Counted from the stretch's first letter, positions 39,227-50,996 are shown. The stretch is DNA of 64,000 nt from Eledone cirrhosa (GCA_964016885.1 OZ024743.1:219108001-219172000), one strand, 5' to 3'. The notes: generated by a model not told the origin, from the letters alone. Numbers and translations are program-made.

Positions 39227-41948
39227 CATCAATCATCACCATTCAACGTCCATTTCCCTGCTAGCAAGGATTGGATGGGTTCACATAGACCAAGTATTGA
39301 AGTAGGGCTACTGACCTCCCAGACAAGCCAACAGTCATTATCGAGTGCACAGAAGTTGTGTCTTTTGACACAAACTGAAAGGTCCCCCTAACCCCTTGTT
39401 TGGCAAACTTTCTGCAGCTGGATGCCCCTTCCTAATACCAACCCCTTTACAGCATGTAGTGAGTACTTATATTGTGTAGAGCACCAACAATAGGAAGGGT
39501 GCCATGTCTTTGACATAACTAAAGGACCTGGTACACCCTTCATTTGGCAAGCTTTCTACGGCTGGATTCCTTTGCTTTCACCAACCACTAGGCAGAAATC
39601 TATGAAATATTTTTATGAAGCAGCCTTTATTGTGTCAATTGTTTTCACATGTATGGAGCTATTCTCCACGGTCTTGTAATCTAACAACCTAAACAGATTT
39701 AAATAAAATCCTTACTCAATAATTTTTCCACTATTGTACATTCATGTTCAATTCAGACATCATTGTTTTTAACGTCCACTTTTCCATGTAGACATGGGTT
39801 AGACAGAACCTTTTGAAGCAGTGCTTTATGACAGATTGTCCTCTTTCATGGTGCCAACCCCCTTTTTTTACACTTCTTAAAACATGCAGAGATATGATGT
39901 ATCTAGTCTTTAAGCTGGGATGAACACAGAATAACAAGGATATCTCATTAACAACTCAACTAATAGGAATGTTAATAATTGTTCAACTAGGTAGACTATA
40001 AATATATGTTTTGGTTAATCATCATCATTTTACATCCGCTTTTCATGGGCTGGACAGTATAATCATCATTACCACCATTCTGTGTTTTCCATGCTATCAT
40101 GTGTTGAGTGTGTCTTTTTCAGCAAAGCAACCCTCTATTTGTTGCGTTCCTTTCACCCAGGTCTTTCCTCTACTGAGCTTTCTTCCACTGAGAATTTTTG
40201 GCACTTCTTCACCCACTAATCATCCATATATGCATCACATGTCCATACCAGTGCAATCTTCTCTCTTGCACACTACAGGTTACTTTAATGTGCAGTTTTT
40301 TGTTTTGTTTTTTTTCCTCAATGTGTCCATGATTCATTGTTCATACACATTAACATTGCAAAACCATTGCATATCCCATGCATTCACTGCTCATGTTTCA
40401 CTACCTTGCAACATCACATACAAGCATTACATAGCATGCTTTTTGTTTGTAGGGAGAAACCTATTGGTGTTAGAGGTAATAGCTTCCTAAACTTTTATTT
40501 ATAAATAAATATATAATAGAATTGTGGGGGTATTAATTGTTCAGTAGATGTTAGTAAGTCAATACTTTAACTATTCAGACTACTGAAGTTATTCATTTAT
40601 GAGTGTATTTGGTTTAGAATAGGTACATTATATCCCTACATGTCACAAGAAGCGACCAAAAGGGTTGGTGTCAGGAAGGGTATCCAGCTGTATAACATTG
40701 CTTCTAAAGATCTCGCTTACCCCATGCCAACAGAGAATAGTTACTGTAAAAATGATGAATATTTATTCCAGCATGACAGTAAATTCCTAGCCTAGTGAAC
40801 AATCTCTTATATTTTCAACCAGAAAAATAATTACAAAATATCTTTAAGAAACCCATTAAAACTGCACAATGGGTATAAATATTGAACTAAATTCAGATAT
40901 ATGGTAATATAAAAAAGAATGGTATATCAATACCCCTGAACTGTTGGGTTAGACTTTTTATCTAAGCTGAATCCAGGGCTTTTGCTTAATCTTTTCTTTA
41001 AAATATAGACAACAGCAGAAAACCATGCTGCAAATTTATGAGGATGTAAAAAATATTTTATAGGGTCACACAAAGGATATTATAAGGCAAAATATCTAAA
41101 TGGTTGCCAGCATAAAATGGGTCATTTCGACTGTTTATACAATATATATGATAACTGACAAGTTAGGTTGCTAGACTATGGGGATAGGTATCCTAGCACC
41201 CTTTAAGCCCACCCCTTATATATATATACCCAACTCATGAACCATTTTCCTCAAGCTCACTGTGCTCTATGTTGAGAAGAAGGTTTAAAACTTATTTGAC
41301 AATGTAGAAGATAATGACAGCAATGTTTTCTAACTTATATTTTCTTGCCACCAGAAACAGCTTTAGCCACTAACTACTTACTGTAAGTAAAATATTCTGG
41401 TGGGAATTTTAGGTGGTGTGAGGATAACAGAACAAGCAAGTATCATTGGGCATGGCTTGAGGAGGACTGCTTCATGTGTAGCATATCATATGTCTCTGAT
41501 GAAAAGCAAGCCAGATGCATGTAAGTGATGGGAAGGTTGAATTATTTCTGTCAGTCTTAAACAAGAGTTAAATGGGTAGCTAAGTATTAAGTTTGAAGCA
41601 TGTAAGGGTGGGGAAAACAAACTACCCATTCAACTAAACAGTCTCATGTTCTTGTTTACTATTCCAATTTTTATATGTATTTGTTTACATATAATTGTAT
41701 CTTTAATTCTGAATATTATAAATGTAATATCTTTAGACAACATATACAAATTCCAACAAATTTCTTTATAATTCTTCACAGCTATAGTAGAGGGGTGCCT
41801 GGCCAACAGACAATGCATAAACCAACCCACAACCAAATTAAGAGATTGTCATTGATTGGTTTAAACTTTTGCAGTAATTAACCTAATTTAGCAGTAAAAA
41901 CAAAATGGATGTAAAAAAATAATTTTAAAAGGCTTTCCTCACTGAACT

Positions 41949-42187
41949 GCTATATTAAAATCACATGTATAAACTATATTATATGTATAAGCTATATTAA
42001 AATCACATGTATAAACTATATTATATGTATAAGCTATATTAAAATCACATGTATAAACTATATTATATGTATAAGCTATATCAAAATCACATGTATAAAC
42101 TATATTATGATTTGTATAAGCTATATTAAAATCATATGTATAAACTACATTATATGTATAAACTATATTAAAATCATATCTATAAAT
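41949..42187. repeat. 42-bp AT-rich minisatellite, about 5.5 copies
   Basis: unit GCTATATTAAAATCACATGTATAAACTATATTATATGTATAA. Confidence 0.95.
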
Positions 42188-42398
42188 TCTAATAGCCTGC
42201 CATACAGCTTGATGTAGTTTACTTGCAAGAATATGTTTGATTTACATCTGCATATAAAGGAACATTTTATATTTATTTAAATATAAAATATATTATTTTA
42301 CTGTCTTTGGACAAAATATCCATAACCCTGACCTTGTTCTCAATACAAGATATAAACAAAAATGGTAAATTAGGAATCAGACACTAAAGCACACACTA

Positions 42399-42512
42399 AG
42401 CAGCAGCAGCGGCAGTGATAGTGGTAATAGTAGTAGTAGCAGGAGCAGCAGTAGTAGTAGCAGGAGCAGCAGCAATAGTAGCAGGAGCAGCAGCAATAAT
42501 AGCAGCAGCAGT
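42399..42512. repeat. compound (AGC/AGT/AGG)n microsatellite
   Basis: direct reading. Confidence 0.9.
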
Positions 42513-42871
42513 AAACATCCTTCAAACACTATTTCTTTCCCCCCCATCAAGTACCATTTTATTTCAAGTCAAACAGTAATTTCTTCTTAAGAATGAAATA
42601 TATAGTAAGCAGATGCCAGGCTGTAGTGGCAGCTAAAAATAGACCTACAAACTTGACAAGATAACAAAAATTGAGTGTGCACCATCTACATACACACATC
42701 TGTGTGTCTGTGTAGATATGTGTGTGTGTGTGTGTATATATATGTATATCTGTGTGTGTATACATAATTGAAAATCATAATAAAATAACAAACAGAAAGC
42801 ATAAAAATAGTAAATTTCTCTGTTATGTCTATATGGCCTTGAAATATCCTTGGTTTTTTTAAATTATTATT

Positions 42872-43090
42872 TGGATTGGCAGTATCAGTAGAGCATCTGA
42901 CAACATGCATTGTAGCATATAGTCACAGCCCTTTACATTCTGAATTCAAATCCCGCCATGGTTAGCTTTGTCTTTCATCCTTATAGGGTCGATAAAATAA
43001 AGTACCCACTAATGCACTGGGGTTGATTTAATCAACTTTACCCTCCCCAAAAATTGTTGGCCTCCTGCCTAAATCATAAACCATTATTAT
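42872..43090 (+). mobile_element. SINE family B copy
   Basis: same head and core; inverted partner at 43958..44135. Confidence 0.8.
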
Positions 43091-43244
43091 TGTTGTTGTT
43101 GTTATTGTGGTTGCCACAGTAACCGACAACCTAGAGCAGTTATTTTGCTTCTATAGTAAAATTCAAGAGAACTGCTTAAGACTGTCTGGATTTTACTGAG
43201 TCGGGTTAATCAGTTTATTTTGCAAAGTGTTGGTGCATATGTAC

Positions 43245-43267
43245 CAGCAGCAGTAGCAGCAGTAGTA

Positions 43268-43331
<64 letters not shown>

Positions 43332-43333
43332 CA
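43245..43333. repeat. (AGC)/(AGT)n microsatellite
   Basis: direct reading. Confidence 0.95.
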
Positions 43334-44701
43334 GGTCAGGCCACCAGTATAGTCAGCCAATAGCAACAGATAGAAAGGGAAAAAGAGTGTGTAGTTAATT
43401 GGTAATCAATAGCAAGGCAAAAAAAAAAAGAAGCAGGCATGCATTTTCTAGGTATAAAACAGGCAAGAGAAGGAGGGAGAACCAGATGGAAGAGGGAGAA
43501 GGGAAAGATTCTAGGATCACATAAATGTGAAATGTGTTCATTGTTTGGTTTTGGACAAAAACACATTACTATTGAAGCGGGTTAGTGGGGGTGTCCTCTA
43601 GCTTGTTATTTTTGGCAGTTATTTTAAGAATGATGCATGTGGGTGTGAGGAATATCCTAATTTAAGAATATTCAAATTGATCAATTAATAATGCATCACT
43701 TAACTCTGTATACTACATCTTTCTTTAATTTAGGAGATTTTAAATTCATTTTTATAAAGACATACCATTTTATAAATTAACAGGGCTTTTAATAATTAAA
43801 TTAAATTACTAAAAATACATGTACAACCAACTATACAACACTAATTGTTGAGCTAAAGAAAGAAATATGTGGTTTTTTAGTCGGCTAGAAATAGTAGCCA
43901 AATCACCCTCAAATCATACCCTACAATCTTTAAACAACAAAAAAAGAACACAGAATAATGGTTTCTGATTTAGGCACAAGGCCAACAATTTTTGGGGGGA
44001 GAGGAAAGCCAATTAAATCAGATTAAATCAACTCCAGTGCATTACTGGTACTTTGTTTTATCAACCCTGTAAAGATGAAAGGCAAAGCTAACCTCCATCG
44101 GATTTGAATGTAAAGAACCATAACTATATGCTACAAGGAAGAAAGAATAAATATAATCTGAGATGCAGTGAGCCTTTAATGATAGGTCTGCTGTCCTGTG
44201 GTTGACCTCCAACTAAACCCACCCACTATTTTGCTATCTTTTCTCTTTACTTTCCTCCCAATATGACAGAACAGATTTAGAATCAGATTTAGCACAACTT
44301 CTAGAAATAAACACATGCTGTTAATATTTAACACATTTGCACAGCAAATTCTGCTCTTAAGAGACTCTTCAGTTAGATAAGGCTATATGTGGTCGTTCAG
44401 CCTGCTAGAAATTGCAGCCAAATCTCCCTACCATCTTTAACCCTTTAATTACCAAATTTTTAATGAAAGATACTACCAATAATTTTCTAATCACTTTGAA
44501 AATAATCAAAGGATTTAGTGAACTAACTTGCTCATTATATAGGTGATGTTTAGAGCATAACTTAAAGGTTCTTACATAATATTATGATGGAAGGATTTTA
44601 GATAAATATTTTTGTACCATAACACTCAGCTGTTGAGCTATTGGTAATTATTTCTATAGATACACTAATAATAATGAAATGAGATGTTCAGAGCTTTGGC
44701 C

Positions 44702-44877
44702 TCATTCAGGCCAGGTTTTCATTTTCATGATACCATTCCCCTTCTCTCACACCAGATTTGGTAACCCATGAAAAGGATCACAGGTACGGCCTTTCACAAC
44801 CAGACTATACAATTTGTTTTTGAGGAGAGGGGAGAAAATAGGTACTACCTTTCACTACCTGACTATACAATATTACA
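44702..44877. repeat. direct repeat of about 176 bp, second copy at 45845..46021
   Basis: near-identical copies about 1.14 kb apart. Confidence 0.93.
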
Positions 44878-46031
44878 TTGGCCTCATGCTTGACAAAGAC
44901 TTGCCTAAGGTTAAACAACAAAGAGAGTCTGTGATGAGATAATATAGAACACTGGTCTGAATGGACTTTAATTTATTCTACTAATTGGTAGGGTCATTAA
45001 GATGACGGAGACAGTGCTTTACAGTACTATTCCATCTCTCTTCATCCTCAGAGCTCAAATCCTGCTGCTGAGATAAACTTTGCTTTTCATCCTTTCGAGG
45101 TTGAAAGAAATACCAGCCCAATATTGGGGTTGACTCTTCTTCTATATCTCGTTCTCACTTCCTCTCTATCACTCTCTCACCTCCTCTGGAAGAAATCGGC
45201 TGTACTCAAGCCTGGTTAGGAAATGGGCTCGGCCATGTTTAAAATGTTCTAGACACTCCATCAAGAGTCACAAGTCCATATATACATTCCACTAATATTA
45301 TTAAAATAATAAATTTTGAAATGTCATTGGAGATTCAACGAACTATACTCCTCCTCCTACAAATTTGTGACCCTCAGTAAAAGAAGAAAATCTTTAGTGC
45401 ATCAGATGAGAGGCCTTGTTGCATTTGTTCCAGCTGCACTCTAAGTTCAAATTCCAATGAAATCAACTTAACATTTCAGAGTCAATAAAATAAAATTACC
45501 AGTAGAAGGAAATTGCAATAGAGGTAGACCAAGAAAGACCTGGGCAGAGGTGGTGAGAAGTGATCTCAAATCGATGAGACTCACAGAGGAGATGATGAAG
45601 GAACGCAGTGAGTAGAGAGATGAAAAGGACCCATTCAATCCATGCAAGCATGGAAAAAACAGACATAAAAACAATGAAGATAATGAGTGCAGGGCAGTAG
45701 ATTAAGAGAACTGTTAGAGCATTGAACAAGATGCATTGTGATATTTGCTCCAGCTCTTTGCTTTCTGAGTTCAAATCCTACTATGGATTAATTTGGTATT
45801 AATCAGTAGCTCACCACCTTGTCATTAAATGCTTTTAGTAAGCATCATTCAGGCCAGGTTTTCATTTTCATGATACCATTCCCCTTCTCTCACACCAGTT
45901 TTGGTAATCCATGAAAAAGATCACAGGTACGGCCTTTCACAACCAGACTATACAATTTTTTTTTTGAGGGGACGGGAGAAAATATGTACTACCTTTCACT
46001 ACCTGACTATACAATATTACAATATTTCTTT

Positions 46032-46430
46032 TTAAAAAGGGGAGGGGATTTGTACGTTTCTATAAGTTTGCATGTCGTGAAGAAGAAAAGGAATCTGATG
46101 TTTTAAAGCGACCTTTGTTTGAGAAGGAAAAAAAATGTTTATTTGTTTTTCCCCTCTACAATTAAACAAATTTCTTTTGCACCCCTCTTTCCAATGAAGA
46201 GTCAAATCCAAAACATCCAATTCCTTCTTCCACACCCTACCCACCATGAAATATGAACTTTTAAATTTTACACTATATATATTTTTGCAGATCACTGCAT
46301 TTTTACTAATCTTCTCACCATCTATAATGTTGTTGTTTCGTCCTAAGCTGTCATGAACAACCCATATTTTTCCAAAGACTACAATATCTAATGTCTTCTT
46401 CCACCAAGTAGGGTATGATTTCAAAGAAAT
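46032..46430 (-). mobile_element. possible L1/Tx1-like 3' fragment
   Basis: 130-aa degenerate ORF with loose L1 C-terminal character; no catalytic motif. Confidence 0.3.
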
Positions 46431-46982
46431 TTTGTATATAAAAATCGTAAGTTACATATCACTCCTTTTAAACATATATTTTAATTTTGGAAGAAAACAC
46501 ATGACGTTGAGTGCATAAATGAGAGGAAAAGGAGAGAAAGGGCTAGGATTGTTAAGCAACGAAAGAAAGGGGGAAGGGGAGAGAATGACGGACTCTACAC
46601 CTAAGTCATCATCATCATCATCATTTAACGTCCATGTTCCACGCTTGCATGGGTTTGGATGGGAGTTTTCCCACTTGAGGCAAGAGTGGTTGTCTTGCTC
46701 GCATAGGACTGTCTGGCGGGTTTTCTACAGCTGGATGCCCTTCCTAACACCAACCACATTTACAGTGTGGGACTGGGAGGTTTTTACCGTGTTGCCTACA
46801 CGGCCACATTACAGCATGGACTGTGTGTTTTTTTGTCGTGACACCTACACGATCTCATTTGTTTCGGCCTGGATGTTGTGGCACCAACATAACTTTACAT
46901 TGAAAGGGGCGGTGTGGGGGGGGGGGGGGGGGGGGGGGGGGGTTAGAGATGCCTACTGACTGTAGTAGGTTTTACTTTGTAT

Positions 46983-49037
46983 TCAGGTAAGGCGGGTCTT
47001 CTCTATTACTGAGTACCGCCAAAGATCTCGGTCCAGTGACATTGTCTTGGAGAGGTGTAAGTGTGTGAGGTCGAAATTTATCAGGTCGTTCCAGGTTTTT
47101 CTGGGTCTGCCTACTCCGTGGCTACCGTCTATCTTTATTGCCCTGCACTTTTTTATACAGCTGTCGTCTTTCATGCGCATCACGTGACCATACCAACGTA
47201 GCCTTCTCTCGACTAAACAACATCTGATCCCTCTTATTTCTAATTTTTCCCTTAGTTCGTTTATGCTTTGCCGTTCACGTATATTACTATTACACATCCA
47301 GCGGAGCATGCAAGCTTCGTTCCTCTCTAGTCTGCGTATATCCTCTGCACACAATGCCCAGGTCTCACTGCCATGCAACATTGCTGTTCGTATGCAGGCA
47401 TCATACAGCCTGCCTTTCATTTTTAGGGAGAACCCTTTAGCGGTTAATAGTGGTATAAGCTCTCTGAACTTTTTCCATCCAGTTCTGACTCTAGCTACTG
47501 TACTTTCAGAGCACCCTCCCCCACTGCTGATTTTGTCACCCAGGTAACGGAAGCTGTCCACTATTTCTATAGAACCCTCTGCGCAATTGAAAGAGCTAGT
47601 ATTTTGTGGGCACTTGCTGCTACTTATTGCACCAGAGCACCGGCCACATGTAAAATCTATGTTCTTAGTTAGCTTACCTGTGATCCCACTACATATTTTA
47701 TGCACCCATACTTTGCATTTGGGACATAAAATGGAGTTTCTACCTACGCCTTTCCTACACACTGAGCATGGCCATTTCCCGGAAGGGACCGGCGCCTTAT
47801 TTTCTTTCCTACAAACTAGAACTTTAGTCTTAGCCAGGTTAATTTTAAGGCCTTTTGATTCTAGGCCGTGCTTCCATGTTTGGAATTTCTTCTCTAGCTC
47901 GGCCATTGATTCAGCTATGAGCGTTAGATCATCTGCATATAGGAGTTCCCATGGGCAGCCGGTCTTGAACTCCACTGTTATAGCCTGAAGGGCAATAATA
48001 AATAGTAGGGGGCTAAGAACAGAGCCCTGATGAACACCAACTTTTACGCTAAACTCTTCACTATATTCGTTGTTAATTCTAACCTTGCTGACTGTTTCTT
48101 TATACATGGCTTGTATAGCTCTCACAAGCCATTCATCAACACCTAGTTTTCTAAGAGCCCACCAGATAATGGAACGGGGGACTCTGTCGAAGGCTTTCTC
48201 CAAGTCGACAAAAGCTAAGTATAGGGGTTTACTTTTAGCTAGGTACTTCTCCTGTAGTTGTCGTACAATGAAAAGAGCGTCTGTGGTACTTTTGCCTGAC
48301 ACAAACCCGAACTGCATTTCATCTAGATCAATTCTCTCTCTGATTAGTTGCACTATTACTTTTTCCGTGACCTTCATGACCTGGTTGATTAATTTAATGC
48401 CTCTATAGTTACTCCTATCTAGGGCGTCTCCTTTACCCTTGTAACAGTTAATGATGATGCTGCTACGCCAGTCCTTCGGAACACCCCCATTCTGTATGAC
48501 TTGGTTTACTATCCGGGTGACCATGGTGTGTCCCACCGTTCCAGAGGCTTTCAGCATCTCAGCAACTATTTCCGAAGGCCCAGCCGCCTTACCCGTCTTC
48601 ATATCTTTGATTGCCTTACTTATTATACTACCTTCAACTAACACTGCTGGTCCCTCTATTGGGTCGATGTGGAGGAGACTGTCCTTCTCCCATTTATTCT
48701 CCTCATTTAGTAGCCTTTCACAGTGACACTTCCAAGCTACCTTCTTATCAGTGTCAGTGATGGCAAGTACGCCATCATCATTTAGTACACACTTCTCCCC
48801 GACAATATCACGGTTTTCCTTGACACATTGCCTAGCAATCCTGAACACCTCACGTTTTTGGTCCTCGCGTTGTAGAACATGCTTGAACTTTCTTTCCTCT
48901 GCTTCCCTTCTTGCGAAGTACACTTGTCTCCTAGCTTCCCTCCTGGCCACTTGATAGTCTTCTCTACTTCCCCCATCCCGCCATACTTTCCAAGCCTGCT
49001 TTTTGGCCTTAATCGACTCCTCCACCTTACTGTTCCA
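46983..49037 (-). CDS. RTE LINE reverse transcriptase region
   Basis: NYRGIKL, QFGF, FVDLEKAFDRV, GVHQGSVLSPLLF, LLYADDL, FRYLG, RRLRWYGHVMR, GRPRKTW; no internal stops or frameshifts. Confidence 0.93.
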   Translation of the reverse strand, partial: WNSKVEESIKAKKQAWKVWRDGGSREDYQVARREARRQVYFARREAEERKFKHVLQREDQKREVFRIARQCVKENRDIVGEKCVLNDDGVLAITDTDKKVAWKCHCERLLNEENKWEKDSLLHIDPIEGPAVLVEGSIISKAIKDMKTGKAAGPSEIVAEMLKASGTVGHTMVTRIVNQVIQNGGVPKDWRSSIIINCYKGKGDALDRSNYRGIKLINQVMKVTEKVIVQLIRERIDLDEMQFGFVSGKSTTDALFIVRQLQEKYLAKSKPLYLAFVDLEKAFDRVPRSIIWWALRKLGVDEWLVRAIQAMYKETVSKVRINNEYSEEFSVKVGVHQGSVLSPLLFIIALQAITVEFKTGCPWELLYADDLTLIAESMAELEKKFQTWKHGLESKGLKINLAKTKVLVCRKENKAPVPSGKWPCSVCRKGVGRNSILCPKCKVWVHKICSGITGKLTKNIDFTCGRCSGAISSSKCPQNTSSFNCAEGSIEIVDSFRYLGDKISSGGGCSESTVARVRTGWKKFRELIPLLTAKGFSLKMKGRLYDACIRTAMLHGSETWALCAEDIRRLERNEACMLRWMCNSNIRERQSINELREKLEIRGIRCCLVERRLRWYGHVMRMKDDSCIKKCRAIKIDGSHGVGRPRKTWNDLINFDLTHLHLSKTMSLDRDLWRYSVIEKTRLT

Positions 49038-50105
49038 TCACCATGTTACTCTCCTCCTGCCTATAGGCCTGCTCCGGCCACAGACTTCGTCTGCCGCCAT
49101 CAGCAGGTTTGCTTTCAGGAATTCCCACTGTTCCTCTATGTTGTACGACTCTAAATGCTCTTCCTTACTGTCGAAAGCATCAAGTAATATGCTTTTAAAT
49201 TTATTTCTGGCTGTGGGGTCCTTTAGCTTCCACATTTTTCTCCTGAGGATAATCCTCTTCTGCTGTCGGGTATGTCTCGTCCTGACTATGAGGTCGCTAA
49301 TTATCAGTCTATGTTGGGAGGTGCATTCTTCATGGGGGAGGGATTTAGTGTTTACAACAGACACTCTGTCACGTCTTCTGGTAAGGATATAATCTACCTG
49401 GCTGGTATATTCCCCTGATCTGTAGGTGATCAAGTGATTGTCTCGTTTTTTGAAGTTAGTGTTACAGATTGTTAGGTTATTTGCGTCACAGAATTCCAGG
49501 ATTCTGGAGCCTTCCTCATTTCTAGTACCAAACCCATAGCCTCCGTGGATTCCATCATAGCCGTCACAATGTTGTCCAACGTGACCATTTAGGTCGCCAG
49601 CAATAATTATATAGTCACTGTCGGTTATTTGGGAGGTAGTGAGCATCAGTGTCTCATAGAAAGTGTCTTTTATAGCGCCAGGCAGTCCGGATTGGGGCGC
49701 GTACGCAGATATTATCGTCACAGTAGTTCTATTTAGAACAAGTCTTATTTTAATTATTCTGTCGTTTACTCTATTTACATCTATTATCTTATCCACCCAT
49801 TTTTCTGCTAACATTATTCCTACCCCACCCAGCCCATTGTCATTTCCCACCCAGAAAAGCTTATAGCATCGTTTTTTACCCACAATGAATCTAGCAGACC
49901 CGCCCCTCCACCTGGTCTCTTGGATACAGCAGACATCAACCTCCTTACGTTCAAGCATTACTACAACCTCGTTAGAGCGGCCTTTTAAGGTCCCTACATT
50001 CATGGTACCAACTCTGAAGTTTTGGATTGCGTTTGGTGGGTGGGGTGCAGGGAGGGGTGAGGTGGATGGGGTTGGGGCTATGTTGGCCATCTGCGGCCGC
50101 AACAA
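49038..50105 (-). CDS. RTE LINE apurinic-like endonuclease domain
   Basis: motifs TMNVGTL, CIQETRW, SAYAPQ, AGDLNGHVG, SQVDYIL, QHRLIISD; first ATG near 50090. Confidence 0.9.
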   Translation of the reverse strand: MLRPQMANIAPTPSTSPLPAPHPPNAIQNFRVGTMNVGTLKGRSNEVVVMLERKEVDVCCIQETRWRGGSARFIVGKKRCYKLFWVGNDNGLGGVGIMLAEKWVDKIIDVNRVNDRIIKIRLVLNRTTVTIISAYAPQSGLPGAIKDTFYETLMLTTSQITDSDYIIIAGDLNGHVGQHCDGYDGIHGGYGFGTRNEEGSRILEFCDANNLTICNTNFKKRDNHLITYRSGEYTSQVDYILTRRRDRVSVVNTKSLPHEECTSQHRLIISDLIVRTRHTRQQKRIILRRKMWKLKDPTARNKFKSILLDAFDSKEEHLESYNIEEQWEFLKANLLMAADEVCGRSRPIGRRRVTW

Positions 50106-50289
50106 AGAGGGTGGGGCCTTGCCCTTTCGTCCGGCAGCATGAAGTCAAAATATATTATTATCTGATCTAGGGAATAAGCCACTTTACTCAATGCAGACAG
50201 TCCAGATTTTGAGAAATTATTCCAGTATACGTAAAATAGTCACTGAAATTGGTTGAAAGAGTCATTTTGGGGACTTTCTATACATTTGC

Positions 50290-50503
50290 TTAACCCTTTA
50301 CCATTTACATTACTCTATATTTACTATTGTATTTTCACAGTAAAGGCTTAATCTCACATAATTATCTTACATAATATTGAATCTATGAGATTTTGAGATC
50401 AATGTCTTAACATCAGTATAAGCAGCCGGTTACAGTCAGTTTGAACAGAAAGAGGTGAGAGAATTCTGGCTGGTTATGGCCAGTTTAAATGCTAAAGAGT
50501 TAA
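50290..50503. mobile_element. piggyBac-type MITE (opposite orientation)
   Basis: TTAA CCCTTTA..TAAATGCTAAAGAG TTAA. Confidence 0.87.
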
Positions 50504-50651
50504 TCTATTACGTATAGCAACCAAATCACCCTCATGTTATCTTAAAAAACTGGAATAACACAATGGATAATGTAGTCCTAGATACACTATGTGGGGGTCA
50601 GGACACAGAATGCTTTGAATATGGTCCTTATTTCATTAATCACCTGACATT

Positions 50652-50996
50652 GGAGGCACATGGCTTAGTGGTTAGAGCATTGGCCTTACAATCGAAAGGT
50701 TGTGAGTTCAATTCTCAGACCGGATGATGTGTAGTTTCCTTGAGCAAGACACTTTATTTCACATTGCTCCAGTTTACTCAGCTGTAGAAATGAGATGATA
50801 GGGACTGGGGTCCATATCATTCCACTGCAAAGTGGTCGTGGAGGTGCCACGACAAAAAAGCACCCAGCACTCACTGTAAATGAGGTTGGTGTTAGGAAGG
50901 GCATCCAGCTGTAGAAATCAAGCCAGAATCAGTTCCCGTCCCACCCTTGCAAGCAGGGACAAGTGGACATAAAATGAAATGATGATGAAATGATGA
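50652..50996 (+). mobile_element. tRNA-derived SINE family A with RTE-derived tail
   Basis: A box TGGCTTAGTGG, B box GAGTTCAATTC, central domain CTTGAGCAAGACACTTT..CTCAGCTGT, 3' part homologous to the RTE 3' UTR, ending (TGA)n. Confidence 0.9.

Larger units (their letters stand above)
46609..50141 (-). mobile_element. near full-length RTE-clade LINE (APE endonuclease + RT), (TGA)n tail
   Basis: EN ORF 49038..50105 and RT ORF 46983..49025 share one frame, split by a single TGA; tail (tca)n at about 46606-46623; possible TSD AAGTCA at 46603..46608 and 50142..50147. Confidence 0.95.

Noticed and set aside
42399-42530. Ala/Thr-rich cassette exon equivalent to the vertebrate TBL1XR1 poly-Ala linker
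   Set aside because: The Ala frame ends in TAG, no convincing splice sites, and the flanking exons already join in phase.
46916-46942. Poly-G tracts (also about 14596, 16561, 54737) as functional G-quadruplexes
   Set aside because: They are homopolymer expansions mostly within repeats; the sister RTE copy lacks the long run, and lengths are error-prone.
46519-46959. 146-aa + strand ORF and other antisense ORFs over LINEs and SINEs
   Set aside because: Shadow frames of repeats (RTE 3' UTR, poly-G); no protein features.
50652-50725. tRNA genes (also near 1016, 7571, 15901)
   Set aside because: A/B boxes are present but there is no clean cloverleaf or oligo-T terminator, and they continue into SINE core and tail.
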